Of a DNA stretch of 64,000 nucleotides, positions 48,051 to 58,510 are shown in pieces; position 1 is the stretch's first letter; each line of letters begins with the position of its first letter. The notes below the pieces were generated by a model. That model saw only the letters and a program-made list of their open reading frames with translations. It did no database searches and was not told where the DNA came from. Source of the DNA: an uncultured virus (IMG/VR IMGVR_UViG_3300026136_000184) (lineage: Duplodnaviria; Heunggongvirae; Uroviricota; Caudoviricetes). Location: positions 1-64,000 of the IMG/VR virus record IMGVR_UViG_3300026136_000184, one strand, 5' to 3'. Both the position numbers and the translations under genes were made by a program.

Positions 48051-49001
48051 TTACGGAGCATTAACATCTAATGTGACGTTACCGTCTTCATTAGGAGTTA
48101 AATCTGTATTCAGACCTGCGGCTTTCTTTTGTTCTTCTTGTTGAACATACAGAGGTCCGATGTTGTCAAGTAAGAACTGTTGATTTTCCATACAGAATAC
48201 ATATGATCCTGAATGTCTCAACAAGACTCTTTTATCGACATATATTTTTCCACCGATGTCACGCCAGTTTTCACAGAAAGTCCAATCTTCTGAATAGTAA
48301 CGATTTTGTCTGACAGCAGTGTCAAAATAAGTTTTTAGATATTGATCATAGACTGGGTCTAGTCCGATATCATTTTTGTATTGCTTCACAGCAGGATGAT
48401 TGTTCATTTGCTCAAACACACCCTTCTTAATCAATAAGAAACCTGTACCTGCTTTAGACACTTCTTGGAATCCGTCTGGTCCTTCTTCAGCACCTTCAAA
48501 TCCATTTACTACCCACTTGATCGGCATAGTCTTCATTGGATATAATCCACCGATGACATCAACGTCTCTGTTGAGTAATACTAGTAAGTGCCATGGCTCC
48601 CAACCAATGTCTGCATCAACAAACATTAAGTGAGTAGCATCAGGCATATGTAAAAACTTTGCTGTTAGTGTATTTCTTGCTCTACTGATCAATGATTCAT
48701 TAACCATTGTTTCAAGTGTCCAGTCAATGTTTAACTGACGGGCAGTGTTTGCCCACTTGATAAATGACATGAATGTAGATTCAGTCAGCATACCACCATA
48801 ACATGGCATTGCGATATGTACTTTAGTTGTACGTAGATAATCTACGTTTACTTGAACTTGTCCGTCTTGAGGTGCTTGAGGAGGATTATCGTTAATTTCT
48901 TCAACTGCTTCTTCCAATTTTTCTAATGGAATGTTTGCCTCTTCTTTCTTTTTTGTTGCTTTTGTTGCCTTCTTAGGGGCGGGTTTTTTCTTCGATGCCA
49001 T
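48051..49001 (-). CDS. GT-A fold glycosyltransferase-like protein
   Basis: IAMPCYGG, NESLISRARN, HLMFVDADI, GTGFLLI, YSEDWTFC. Confidence 0.8.
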   Translation of the reverse strand: MASKKKPAPKKATKATKKKEEANIPLEKLEEAVEEINDNPPQAPQDGQVQVNVDYLRTTKVHIAMPCYGGMLTESTFMSFIKWANTARQLNIDWTLETMVNESLISRARNTLTAKFLHMPDATHLMFVDADIGWEPWHLLVLLNRDVDVIGGLYPMKTMPIKWVVNGFEGAEEGPDGFQEVSKAGTGFLLIKKGVFEQMNNHPAVKQYKNDIGLDPVYDQYLKTYFDTAVRQNRYYSEDWTFCENWRDIGGKIYVDKRVLLRHSGSYVFCMENQQFLLDNIGPLYVQQEEQKKAAGLNTDLTPNEDGNVTLDVNAP

Positions 49002-49079
49002 TGTTAATAACTCCTAATAATAAATGTAGTTGCTTCGATATATAACTTATAATATTTACTACAGGAATGCCTGGTCGAA

Positions 49080-51236
49080 TTATTTTTCTTCGATATAATC
49101 AGCGGTTTCGGACAAATCAATCGTGTTCCAAAATGCATTATTTACGTTTGTTAATGGGGATAGTTTTGGCTTATCGTTTCTTAATGTTCTAGGTGCTTGT
49201 CTGTCTCTCCAACCACCAAAGTATTCTTTGAGTTGCATAGTTTTCACATGCAATGATTCAAGTAAGTTTCCGTCATCATCAGTGAAGGGGAAATCATCAG
49301 CACTATAGTTTTCTACAAAGTCAATTAGTTCTTTTACGTTTTCAAAGTTCTGTTTCATTTCGACAGGTAAAAGACCTAACTGTTCCATCTCTGCAAAATC
49401 TTCGTGTAATTCAAATAAGATTTCTTGTATCTTTCTTAAGTATGCATATTGCTGTTGTCTTTTCTTATCATACTCGCCCTGATTTCGTTGCTTTTCTTTT
49501 TCTTTTTCTTTTCTAACTATGTTTAAATCAGGTACTTTTTTATCTTGTTCTCTACCAAAACCTCTAAGTTTAACAATGTTGTTTCTTTCTTCTTCCATAA
49601 GTTCAAACAGTTTACGATGTAAGTCTGCGGACTTAGATTTCTGATCGTCACTTGACTCTTTAATCATGTTACGAATCTTTTCTATACTTTCTTCATATCT
49701 GTATCTACGCATACCTTCTGTCATTTGAGCAAGAACAGCATCAACAATTAAATTCTTGTTGTCCATGTTCAAGCCTAACGGTTCTCCTATAAAATAATCT
49801 AGTTCTTGTGTACCAAGATCATCATGGCTAACATTTTTTAATGCAGAATAAAGTTCTTCGTAGTCTGCTTCAGGATGTTGGCTTTTATAATTTAGTAACC
49901 ATTCATAAGCGGCAGTTTCAATATCACTTCTTTCTTCACCTTCATTGAATCCTTGTCTTCTACCATTTAAGTTTGGTGTGTCTGTAAGTGGAAATTCTAT
50001 TTGTCCACCTACGCCTACTCTTTGTGCATCGTGGTTCCAATATTGCTTTGATTGATCTGGGTCAACAAATGCTTCATTTACTTTTGGAACTACAACAGGA
50101 TTTAGATTAAGATAACTACCGTTACCTGTAATAGTCATTCTAGGAACTGTAACACTAAATCTTCTTTGAAGTTCATCGGAAAGATTATCTATATCGTCTC
50201 TACTGAAAATCTTAGAGTCTGGCATAAGCATTACTGTCATTATTCTTTCGTTAGTACCGCCGCCACGTTTACGGCTTGATATGATTTTTCTTAAATCAAA
50301 CCCGTTTGTTCTTGTATAAAGTTGAAGTATTGCTCTTGCACGTTTTGTATCAAGTAATGTATCGTTCTTGTCTTCAGTCATTGGTTCTGCATATGCTTGT
50401 TGTATAAGTCTGGACATTGCATCGTCTGTAGACACAGTGTATTTTCTACCTCTTTTGTCTGTAATATCAATGTTGTTGAACTTATCATCAACGTCTACTT
50501 TATATCCTTTAGATTGTAACGTTGCCTTAGTGTATTTGTCTCTGTCATTAAACCAATCAATGACTAAATTTTCAATATCTGTGGGTAAGTCAGGTCTTGT
50601 GTAATCAACTCTGTTACCATCTTTATCAATATATGCTAAGCCTTCGTTTAAATTCATTCCTTTACTTAATAACTTAACTACATTTTTAATTAGTTTATCA
50701 TTACCTTTTAGTTTAGGATAAATGTGAGTTATAAATTCTTCTCGTTGTTCATCGTTAAGACTAGGCCATGTATCTCTGATTTGTGTAGCACTAGTAATAC
50801 CTGCAAACTCTTTGACTGGTAAGTAATCCATGTAACCTACTTTACTAAATGGTTGTGCACCTCTTTTTGCTGTATCTATATGTTGAAAGTATCCCGGAGA
50901 ACCGTCTTTTTTGACTGCACCGGGCTTTGGAAACTCGGCTTTATCTTTTTCACTTCGTACAAAAACAATTGTGTCTTTGTCTGGATCATATTTGTTTGTA
51001 ATTTCTGTTGGTACGAACGGAGATTTAACTTGCACAAACTCACCTGGTTGTACGCCTGAAAGTCGTGCTAATTTTTCTTTGATTTCAAATGGAAAAGGTC
51101 TTTCTTTTTGATTGTTACTAGCGGCCACATAGATGTCGGAGCCTTCACCATACTTCTCTTTTATAGAGTTGTAAAGTGCGGCATGCCCTGCATGAAATGG
51201 GTGAAATCCACCTGGCATAATAACAATATTTGCCAT
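49080..51236 (-). CDS. HxGH nucleotidyltransferase with long modular C-terminal extension
   Basis: PGGFHPFHAGH, PFPF..K, SATQIR; followed by many (L/V/F/M)xE-delimited segments. Confidence 0.75.
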   Translation of the reverse strand: MANIVIMPGGFHPFHAGHAALYNSIKEKYGEGSDIYVAASNNQKERPFPFEIKEKLARLSGVQPGEFVQVKSPFVPTEITNKYDPDKDTIVFVRSEKDKAEFPKPGAVKKDGSPGYFQHIDTAKRGAQPFSKVGYMDYLPVKEFAGITSATQIRDTWPSLNDEQREEFITHIYPKLKGNDKLIKNVVKLLSKGMNLNEGLAYIDKDGNRVDYTRPDLPTDIENLVIDWFNDRDKYTKATLQSKGYKVDVDDKFNNIDITDKRGRKYTVSTDDAMSRLIQQAYAEPMTEDKNDTLLDTKRARAILQLYTRTNGFDLRKIISSRKRGGGTNERIMTVMLMPDSKIFSRDDIDNLSDELQRRFSVTVPRMTITGNGSYLNLNPVVVPKVNEAFVDPDQSKQYWNHDAQRVGVGGQIEFPLTDTPNLNGRRQGFNEGEERSDIETAAYEWLLNYKSQHPEADYEELYSALKNVSHDDLGTQELDYFIGEPLGLNMDNKNLIVDAVLAQMTEGMRRYRYEESIEKIRNMIKESSDDQKSKSADLHRKLFELMEEERNNIVKLRGFGREQDKKVPDLNIVRKEKEKEKQRNQGEYDKKRQQQYAYLRKIQEILFELHEDFAEMEQLGLLPVEMKQNFENVKELIDFVENYSADDFPFTDDDGNLLESLHVKTMQLKEYFGGWRDRQAPRTLRNDKPKLSPLTNVNNAFWNTIDLSETADYIEEK

Positions 51237-51237
51237 G

Positions 51238-51606
51238 TTAGTAACTTACTTTTACGTATTCGACAACGCCGTTTGCAAAATCTTCTATCTTTGCTCTCAA
51301 ATAAACAAAGTTACCTGATAAGTTTGTATAAGAACTAATGTTTGCATTAAGATTAGCGGCATTGTTTGCTTCTGTTTCAAAAATTTTGAACCAGTCATTG
51401 TCTCCAGGAGGATTAGAAAGTGCGGCTTCAATTACTAAATTACCTGTGACTTCTGAAAAATTATATGATAAAGTTTGTAGGTCTTGATTTCCTAAATAAT
51501 ATGCGGCACCCTGTACAGAATTGCCTGTTACATCATACGGTTGAGCAGTACCATCATTTTCATATGGTGTTTGTGGTAATAATGTGAGGATTGTTGATTG
51601 AGACAT
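51238..51606 (-). CDS. Probable virion structural protein
   Basis: Beta-rich 122 aa (DWF...GNFVYLRAK), under a late promoter. Confidence 0.55.
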   Translation of the reverse strand: MSQSTILTLLPQTPYENDGTAQPYDVTGNSVQGAAYYLGNQDLQTLSYNFSEVTGNLVIEAALSNPPGDNDWFKIFETEANNAANLNANISSYTNLSGNFVYLRAKIEDFANGVVEYVKVSY

Positions 51607-51607
51607 T

Positions 51608-51775
51608 TTATCCCCTCACTATTTCTACTATAACTGATTCGCCAACTAACTCTTGCGCCACTGCTTCTATTTGAGAAGCAATTTCGTCGGTTATGATTGC
51701 TTGACCGTCTGGAGCATCATCTTTTGCAATTTTGCTTAGTTTGATTGCTACCATATCTTCGACTATTTTAGCCAT
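51608..51775 (-). CDS. Small protein (55 aa)
   Basis: Not in the track: MAKIVEDMVAIKLSKIAKDD...; GGAG RBS, CATAAATA at 51798-51805. Confidence 0.7.
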   Translation of the reverse strand: MAKIVEDMVAIKLSKIAKDDAPDGQAIITDEIASQIEAVAQELVGESVIVEIVRG

Positions 51776-51827
51776 AATTATCTCCGTGTAATAAGAGTAT
51801 TTATGCTTATATAGTCTATAGGTGAGA

Positions 51828-54110
51828 TTATATGTTGTCTGAATCTTCTACTTCAATGATACCATCGTCACCTACTTGAGCAACTTGTTTTTTCGTTGAA
51901 GCAAAATCAATCTCTCCAGTGTTTTGATCGATAACACACATGACATTAGCATCTTTGATTTTTTCAAACAAAATCTTTTTACTCAATGGGACTCTTACAA
52001 GTTCATCAATTTTTCTTGCTAATGGTCTTGCTCCTAACTTGCTATCATAGCCTACGTCTGCTAAGTAATCAACTGCATCTTCACTAAAGTTAAGAGTGAT
52101 ATTGTGCTTGTCAAGCAGTGCTGATTGTAGGTCAGCAACAAATTTAACAACAATCTTTTTAACAGATAGTGTATCAAGTTTACCAAACTTACATACCATG
52201 TCAAGTCTATTTCTAAACTCTGGCTTAAAGAAGTTTTTCATTGCTTTTTCATCTTCGCCATATTTGTTTGTGTCACCGAATCCTATGTTTGAACGTTCAC
52301 CATCAGCACTACCTAAGTTAGATGTGAGAATGATTAAACAGTTCTTACACGATACTTGCTTACCATTAGATCCAGTAATTGTACCTTCATCTAACATTTG
52401 TAAGAATATATTAAAGATATCAGGGTGTGCTTTTTCAACTTCGTCAAACAACATAATTGAATGAGGTTGCTTACTCAAGTCTGATATCAAACGTCCGCCT
52501 TGTACTTGTGAATCACTAAAGCCTACATAACCTGGGGGAGGTCCTATCAAACTACTTACACTGTGTTTCTCAGAATACTCGGACATATCGTATTTGAGCA
52601 GTGGCATATCTAAGTTACTAGACAGTAGTTTAGCCAACTCTGTTTTACCCGTGCCTGTTGGGCCTAAAAATAAGAAACTTGCGATAGGTTTAGTTTCGTT
52701 ACCGATTCCTGCAAACGATACATAAACTCTTTCGATTACTTTATCAACTACATCGTCTTGACCATATAACTTACTTTTAACATTTACATCTAAGTTAGTA
52801 ATACGATCTACGTTGTCACCTTTAAGTTTATCAGCAGGGACGCCAGTAAACTTCTCTACTTGATCAAAGATCAATGATTTAGTAATATCAACACCTTTGT
52901 TTTCTGCTACACGTTGCTTTGCACAAGCGGCATCAAGCAAGTCAATAGACTTGTCTGGATTCTTTCTTTCGTGTATGTATCTACCAGCCATTTCAACTGC
53001 GGCCTCGATTGCTTCTTCTGTGATATTGACATCGTGGAAGTCGTTTAATCTTTCTGACAATCCACGTAAAATTCTTTGTGTTGTATCTACACTAGGTTCA
53101 TCGATTGACACACGATAGAATCTACGCATGAGGGCTCTGTCTTTCTCAAATGATTCATAGTATTCTTCCCATGTAGTAGATGCGATTACTTTAAGAGTTC
53201 CCTTAGTAATAGCAGGCTTAATCATGTTTGCAAAATCAACTGAGCCATTAGATGTCGATCCAGCACCTCCCATAGTATGGGCTTCGTCAATGAATAAGAT
53301 ACAATTCTTTTTAACTTCTAAAGCCATAATGACTTCTTTAACTTTTTCTTCAAACTCACCACGATACTTTGATCCAGCAAGTAAGTTACCAATCTCTAAT
53401 GAATAGACTTCATGGTTGTTTAAGAACTCTGGCACTTCTTCGTTAACAACTGCTTGTGCAATACCCTCTGCGATTGCAGTTTTACCTACACCCGGATCAC
53501 CTACCATTAATACATTTGCTTTAAAACGTTTTGCTAATACATTGATGATATCATCGATCTCAGATACACGTCCTATGACAGGTTCTAGTTTATCGTCTCT
53601 AGCCAACTTAGTCAAGTTTGTTGTGTATTCTTCTAAAATATCATCTGCTTGGTCTTGACTGATGTTTTGACTATCCTGATGTCTATAGTTCTTTTGCCAA
53701 AATTCGATAAACTGAGTCTTGTTGACACCATACTTCAATAAGAAATAGTGTGCATGAGTATTCCCTTCAGTCGCAATCGACAGATATAAATCCATAGTAG
53801 TAACTTGTCTACGACCTGTAAACAGAACTTGTGTAACGCCTCTATTCATCACACGTTCTAGTGAATTAGTTTTCTTAGGAACGCACTCAGGATCTTTGGA
53901 CTCAATAGCATGTAGTCCATTTAAGTATGCTTCTATTTCACCGATCATCAAATCAGTATCAACATTAAATTGATTTAATACTTTCTTAAACGGTTGATGT
54001 GTTACTAATGCATGAAGTAAATGTTCAATAGTAACATACTGGTGATTATAGGACTTTGCAGTTTCGATTGCCCTAGAGATAATGTTTTCGATTTCTGGTG
54101 ATGTGTTCAA
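51828..54110 (-). CDS. clpA: ClpA-like AAA+ chaperone
   Basis: Clp-N EHLL; GDPGVGKT, YRGEFEE, FIDEAH; GPTGTGKT, DMSEY, GYVG, FDEVEKAH, PEFRNR, GARPL. Confidence 0.95.
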   Translation of the reverse strand: MNTSPEIENIISRAIETAKSYNHQYVTIEHLLHALVTHQPFKKVLNQFNVDTDLMIGEIEAYLNGLHAIESKDPECVPKKTNSLERVMNRGVTQVLFTGRRQVTTMDLYLSIATEGNTHAHYFLLKYGVNKTQFIEFWQKNYRHQDSQNISQDQADDILEEYTTNLTKLARDDKLEPVIGRVSEIDDIINVLAKRFKANVLMVGDPGVGKTAIAEGIAQAVVNEEVPEFLNNHEVYSLEIGNLLAGSKYRGEFEEKVKEVIMALEVKKNCILFIDEAHTMGGAGSTSNGSVDFANMIKPAITKGTLKVIASTTWEEYYESFEKDRALMRRFYRVSIDEPSVDTTQRILRGLSERLNDFHDVNITEEAIEAAVEMAGRYIHERKNPDKSIDLLDAACAKQRVAENKGVDITKSLIFDQVEKFTGVPADKLKGDNVDRITNLDVNVKSKLYGQDDVVDKVIERVYVSFAGIGNETKPIASFLFLGPTGTGKTELAKLLSSNLDMPLLKYDMSEYSEKHSVSSLIGPPPGYVGFSDSQVQGGRLISDLSKQPHSIMLFDEVEKAHPDIFNIFLQMLDEGTITGSNGKQVSCKNCLIILTSNLGSADGERSNIGFGDTNKYGEDEKAMKNFFKPEFRNRLDMVCKFGKLDTLSVKKIVVKFVADLQSALLDKHNITLNFSEDAVDYLADVGYDSKLGARPLARKIDELVRVPLSKKILFEKIKDANVMCVIDQNTGEIDFASTKKQVAQVGDDGIIEVEDSDNI

Positions 54111-54136
54111 ATGTTTTTTCCTCTATATAATATTAT

Positions 54137-54973
54137 TTAGTTTTGCTTTAGGTCTTGGATATCTTTATATTTTTTAATTGAGTCTATGACACCTTGCTCT
54201 ATTGTATCTGGTATAAAACCATTAAGCAATATGATTTGGTCACCAAAGTTACCAGACTGAAAATTAGGACCCCTTCGATCGGCAATAGGCATCCCATGAC
54301 CTGTTAATTTAATTTGTGTTCCTGGTTGTGTTCCTGATTTTACTGAAACTTTTAGTACTTTTCCAGAGATAGTAGTAAAGTTAAATTGAGTACCTACAAT
54401 CAAATCTAGTACAGAAATATTATGTGAACATAGTAGATTGTTTCCCATTCTTTCAAACCAAGAATCATTCATTACGTGAAAGTCAATGATTAAACTTGTT
54501 CCTTGTTCAACAATATTGTCATATCTTGTCTGTTGGCCAGTCTTCACACCTTTTGGTATAGTTATTTGTACGACTTTTTTACCTTGTGGTGTATTTAATT
54601 CTAGTGTTTGTATGTCTCCAGTATATGCTTGGCGCAAAGTAACATTTAATTGTGTTCTAAACATCGGTTGAGGCTGAGGGCCTCTTCTTCCTCTAGGACG
54701 TTGCCCAAAGATATCACCAAAGATATCACCAAACGGACTGTCTGCACCAAACGGATTGCCACCTTGCTGAAATTGTGCAAATGGATTAGGATTATCATAC
54801 TCTGCTCGTTTCTCTGGGTTGCTTAGAGTATCATATGCTGTTTGTACTTTTTTAAATTCTTCAGCATCTCCGCCTTTATCAGGATGATGTTTACCCGCAA
54901 GTTTACGATAGGCTTTTTTAATTTCTTTTTGATCGGCTTGAGGTGATACGCCTAATGTCTGATAATGGTCCAT
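54137..54973 (-). CDS. dnaJ: DnaJ/CbpA-class chaperone (no Zn finger)
   Basis: J-domain HHPDKGG, G/F-rich region, C-terminal domain; TTGACT-N17-TATAAT at 54979-55007. Confidence 0.9.
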   Translation of the reverse strand: MDHYQTLGVSPQADQKEIKKAYRKLAGKHHPDKGGDAEEFKKVQTAYDTLSNPEKRAEYDNPNPFAQFQQGGNPFGADSPFGDIFGDIFGQRPRGRRGPQPQPMFRTQLNVTLRQAYTGDIQTLELNTPQGKKVVQITIPKGVKTGQQTRYDNIVEQGTSLIIDFHVMNDSWFERMGNNLLCSHNISVLDLIVGTQFNFTTISGKVLKVSVKSGTQPGTQIKLTGHGMPIADRRGPNFQSGNFGDQIILLNGFIPDTIEQGVIDSIKKYKDIQDLKQN

Positions 54974-55021
54974 GCTATATTATAACAGCCATATATGGAA
55001 AAGTCAACAGTGATTTGCCCG

Positions 55022-55570
55022 TTAGATGCCGGCTGATGCTTGAAGTGATTTGATGTATTCGTCTTTAGGAGTTTCAGATTCTTTGTAATCTAAACCTGCT
55101 TTAAGTCTCATTTCATTGAGTTCATCATTGATTGGTTCTTCTTTTTCTATTTCGTATTTGGCTGGATTTAAAATAATTTTTTGCTTCATAATTTCTAATT
55201 CCATTGGATAGTCTTCACCGTCAATGTTAAGAGTATATTCTTCAACAGGCATACCTGTTAGTGTTTCTAAGTCTTTTAGTAAACCTATTACTCTACGTGC
55301 TACCCATGAACGTCTTTCCATTTCTACAAAGACTAACCATTTGTTAGGTGAAAGTTCTCCGTCTGATACACTTGCATCTAAAATGAAGTCATATCCTCTT
55401 TCAAACCAAGTTACTAAATCTTCAGCAACTAATTTTGATTTGACTGTAAAAGTTACTGTGACTATATCTTTATCTTCGCCCATCTTAGCGGCATATTCAT
55501 CTATAGATACAAGAGGAATAACTTGATTTTCCATGTCTAAGTAGTTTAAACTTTCAGATAGAATAGTCAT
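55022..55570 (-). CDS. Hypothetical phage protein
   Basis: 182 aa; IDEY..KMG.D, ELNEMRLKAGL. Confidence 0.7.
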   Translation of the reverse strand: MTILSESLNYLDMENQVIPLVSIDEYAAKMGEDKDIVTVTFTVKSKLVAEDLVTWFERGYDFILDASVSDGELSPNKWLVFVEMERRSWVARRVIGLLKDLETLTGMPVEEYTLNIDGEDYPMELEIMKQKIILNPAKYEIEKEEPINDELNEMRLKAGLDYKESETPKDEYIKSLQASAGI

Positions 55571-56202
55571 TAGATTTGAAATGCTCCGCCGTCGTTTGGT
55601 TCGCCTGATGTGACATCATCAACTGCTTCCATGTCATTGCCTGTATCATCTTCAGATTTTGTTTGCTCTAAATCATTGTCATATGCATCTTCGATTTCTG
55701 ATAAGTCAATTGTGTCTTCTGCAATGTCAACACTACCTTCTTTAATATCATCCATTAATTCAAAAGGTATTTCAATTTGCATAAACCAAACTTTGTTTTC
55801 TTTCATTTTAGGGTAACGACTTCCTGATTGAAAGTCTTCATATGATGTGACTGCTACAGGAACTTCAATCTTAGACTTCATCATTTTAACATTACAACCG
55901 ATAGTTGCAAGTCTTAATGTTGCTCTAGGATCAGGCATTAATTTATAAGGCCACATAAAAGTACATTTGCATGAGTATCTTCCTACATCAGGACCTTGTA
56001 CTAATTCTCCGTTGATCCAATTTCTATATGCATATATGTCTGCTTCGTCTAAGACTCTTTCAAAGTCCAGCAACGTATTCATTGCACCGTCAGACATGTA
56101 GATATTTTTAATGGTATCTACAATACTAACAAAGTCAATGTCTTTAAAAAATGAATCTGCTTGTTTCCTAGCAAGATTATCGCCTGTGATTGCTTTAGTC
56201 AT
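55570..56202 (-). CDS. Hypothetical phage protein (late)
   Basis: 210 aa; ATG 5 nt after GATAAATA (56208-56215). Confidence 0.7.
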   Translation of the reverse strand: MTKAITGDNLARKQADSFFKDIDFVSIVDTIKNIYMSDGAMNTLLDFERVLDEADIYAYRNWINGELVQGPDVGRYSCKCTFMWPYKLMPDPRATLRLATIGCNVKMMKSKIEVPVAVTSYEDFQSGSRYPKMKENKVWFMQIEIPFELMDDIKEGSVDIAEDTIDLSEIEDAYDNDLEQTKSEDDTGNDMEAVDDVTSGEPNDGGAFQI

Positions 56203-56375
56203 ACTAGTATTTATCTCAATGGGATTGCAAAAGAATTTTACAATTTGTTCTTCTGGTGCTAGTATTTATCACAAAACGACATTTCCTCATCCACTGATTT
56301 TTTACATACCTAAACCTGGTAAGTATTTAATGAGAAACTTATTTCTCAATTCATTTTAAAATATAGGAATTATAT

Positions 56376-57161
56376 ATGAGTAAACGCAAAACAGGCGCAT
56401 TAAGGAAAAAACATGAACCATACAGACACAGGGAAACACATCACACGGCAGAGGACACGTTCTACATGAACTCCTCAAAGACCATCGACTTTAGCAAGTA
56501 TAGTAAAAAGCAGAAGTCACGCAGACCAATCGAATTAGTACCCCAGAGTATAAATCAGGAAAAATATATTATAGCATTAAATGACCCTGAAACAGATATC
56601 GTTATGGCTAGTGGCCCCGCTGGAACAGGTAAAACCTACTTAGCAATGTTGGCGGCGATGAGAGCATTAAGATCAGGTCAATGCGATAAAATATTATTAA
56701 CACGCCCTGCTGTTGCTGTAGATGACGAAAAACATGGTTTTCTTCCAGGCGACTTAAACTCAAAAATGGAACCATGGGTAAGACCCTTATTCGATGTGGT
56801 GAGAGAATATTACTCACAGAATGAAATCGAATATATGTTAAAGGAACAAATCATAGAAATCACACCTTTAGCATTTTGCCGAGGCAGAAACTTCAAGCAT
56901 TCATGGATTATATTAGATGAGGCCCAAAACGCAACACCGTCACAAATAAAAATGTTAATGACAAGGATTGCTGAGGGTAGCAAAATCGTAATCAATGGTG
57001 ACGTTGAACAGACTGACCGACTAACACATAATAACGGGCTCCTTGATTTAAAAGATAGAATAGATCAACATAAAGTACCTGGCATGACTGCTTGTACTTT
57101 TGATCACAAAGACATACGGAGACACAAGATTATTGAACACGTACTAAAGATGTATCAATAA
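56376..57161 (+). CDS. phoH: PhoH-family ATPase
   Basis: GPAGTGKT, TRPAV, GFLPGD, RGR, LDEAQN, NGDVEQTD. Confidence 0.95.
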   Translation: MSKRKTGALRKKHEPYRHRETHHTAEDTFYMNSSKTIDFSKYSKKQKSRRPIELVPQSINQEKYIIALNDPETDIVMASGPAGTGKTYLAMLAAMRALRSGQCDKILLTRPAVAVDDEKHGFLPGDLNSKMEPWVRPLFDVVREYYSQNEIEYMLKEQIIEITPLAFCRGRNFKHSWIILDEAQNATPSQIKMLMTRIAEGSKIVINGDVEQTDRLTHNNGLLDLKDRIDQHKVPGMTACTFDHKDIRRHKIIEHVLKMYQ

Positions 57162-57182
57162 TTTCATAGGTCCATATAAACA

Positions 57183-57206
57183 GAAAGGGCCGTTAACGGC
57201 CCTTTC
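57183..57206. terminator. Bidirectional terminator
   Basis: Perfect inverted repeat GAAAGGGCCG-TTAA-CGGCCCTTTC between convergent genes. Confidence 0.85.
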
Positions 57207-57225
57207 ACTCTGAATGTATTTGCCC

Positions 57226-58011
57226 CTACAAGGTCTTTAATTTTCTATTCAGAACACTTTTAGCATATGCTGGATATACAAGATAAGGGTAAGTAAGTTG
57301 TTTTTTAATTTCCCATTGATTTTGTTTTTTAGCAAAACTAGAATAATACTCATCATTAAATCCTGCTTCAAAATAAGTATACTTTAATTTCTCATCAAAG
57401 TCAAATTTTAAATCTAATAAATCAAATATATTACTATTAAAAATTAGTTTTTTATCTACCATTGTATAATCACTGTTATATAAATAGTCATTTGGTTTGA
57501 TAGATTTATTTGATAATTGATAATATTCTTTTATGTTTTCATCTAATTTGCTATAATCAACATCTTCAACCAATTGTTGTTGTACATGAGTTAAATTGCA
57601 TGATGTGAGTTTTAAATTGTTAGGATATACATTATGTATTTGTTGCTTTTCACAATTGTTAAGAAAGAATAATAGACCTTCACTTAAGGCACAATGACCA
57701 AATATCTCATGTATATAAATATCACCTTTTGGTAAGTTATCGTTAAAGATATCTAAGTTTAATACTTCGATGTTGTCATTGTTTCTAAATTTGCTTTTAA
57801 GGCTATAATAATGTTGTTGATTAATTTCTAAACTATAAACCTTTTTGGCACCGTATTTAATACTTAACCAAGTAAAAAATCCAGAACCTGACCCACAATC
57901 AACAATAATTTTGTTTTTGGCATGTCGTTTGATATAGTCGATGTATGCATTAGACCTGTTATAATCTAATAGCATTTCCCAAACATACATGTTTGGTACG
58001 GATGCATTCAT
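57226..58011 (-). CDS. PRMT-like class I SAM methyltransferase
   Basis: MLLDYNR, VDCGSGSG, GAKKVYSLE, DIYIHEIFGHCALSEG. Confidence 0.75.
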   Translation of the reverse strand: MNASVPNMYVWEMLLDYNRSNAYIDYIKRHAKNKIIVDCGSGSGFFTWLSIKYGAKKVYSLEINQQHYYSLKSKFRNNDNIEVLNLDIFNDNLPKGDIYIHEIFGHCALSEGLLFFLNNCEKQQIHNVYPNNLKLTSCNLTHVQQQLVEDVDYSKLDENIKEYYQLSNKSIKPNDYLYNSDYTMVDKKLIFNSNIFDLLDLKFDFDEKLKYTYFEAGFNDEYYSSFAKKQNQWEIKKQLTYPYLVYPAYAKSVLNRKLKTL

Positions 58012-58218
58012 TTACTGTTTGTTTATTCTTCTTAAACTTCCCATCATATACGCGGCGTAAATGAATAAAGGTCCGAAGATTAAAATTTCTTCAGTTGTTT
58101 CTGAAAAATCAAAATATGAAATAGACCAGATGTACGAAAACATGATTATACCTATCCATGCAAACGTGTATAATCCACTACATAAATTTAAAAAGTGTTC
58201 TTTAATATTTTCTATCAT
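58012..58218 (-). CDS. Small membrane protein
   Basis: 68 aa, two hydrophobic helices. Confidence 0.6.
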   Translation of the reverse strand: MIENIKEHFLNLCSGLYTFAWIGIIMFSYIWSISYFDFSETTEEILIFGPLFIYAAYMMGSLRRINKQ

Positions 58219-58493
58219 TTTTTATTCCTTTTATCTTTCTTTTCGATCGGCCCTTCTTTTTCAAGTTGCTCAATCAATTTAGGGTAAATTCTCTTGTAAT
58301 AAGAACTCATTTTCTCAAATGTTGTATCGTGGTTCTTGCCTTCAATCACACATTTTTGTACAGACATATCAGAGTAATCCATGATTACATTTTTTGTAGT
58401 CATATCTGATTTCTTTAACTTACGTGATGTTTGAATTAATTCGTCAATTTGACCGTTTGGCTTACGAATGTATTGTACTAGTAAATATCTCAT
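58215..58493 (-). CDS. Hypothetical phage protein
   Basis: MRYLLVQYIRKPNGQIDE; TATAAATA at 58500-58507. Confidence 0.7.
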   Translation of the reverse strand: MRYLLVQYIRKPNGQIDELIQTSRKLKKSDMTTKNVIMDYSDMSVQKCVIEGKNHDTTFEKMSSYYKRIYPKLIEQLEKEGPIEKKDKRNKK

Positions 58494-58510
58494 ATCATTT
58501 ATTTATATGG

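Noticed and set aside
56271..56375. Pho box upstream of phoH
   Set aside because: No CTGTCAT-like 11 bp-spaced direct repeats are visible.
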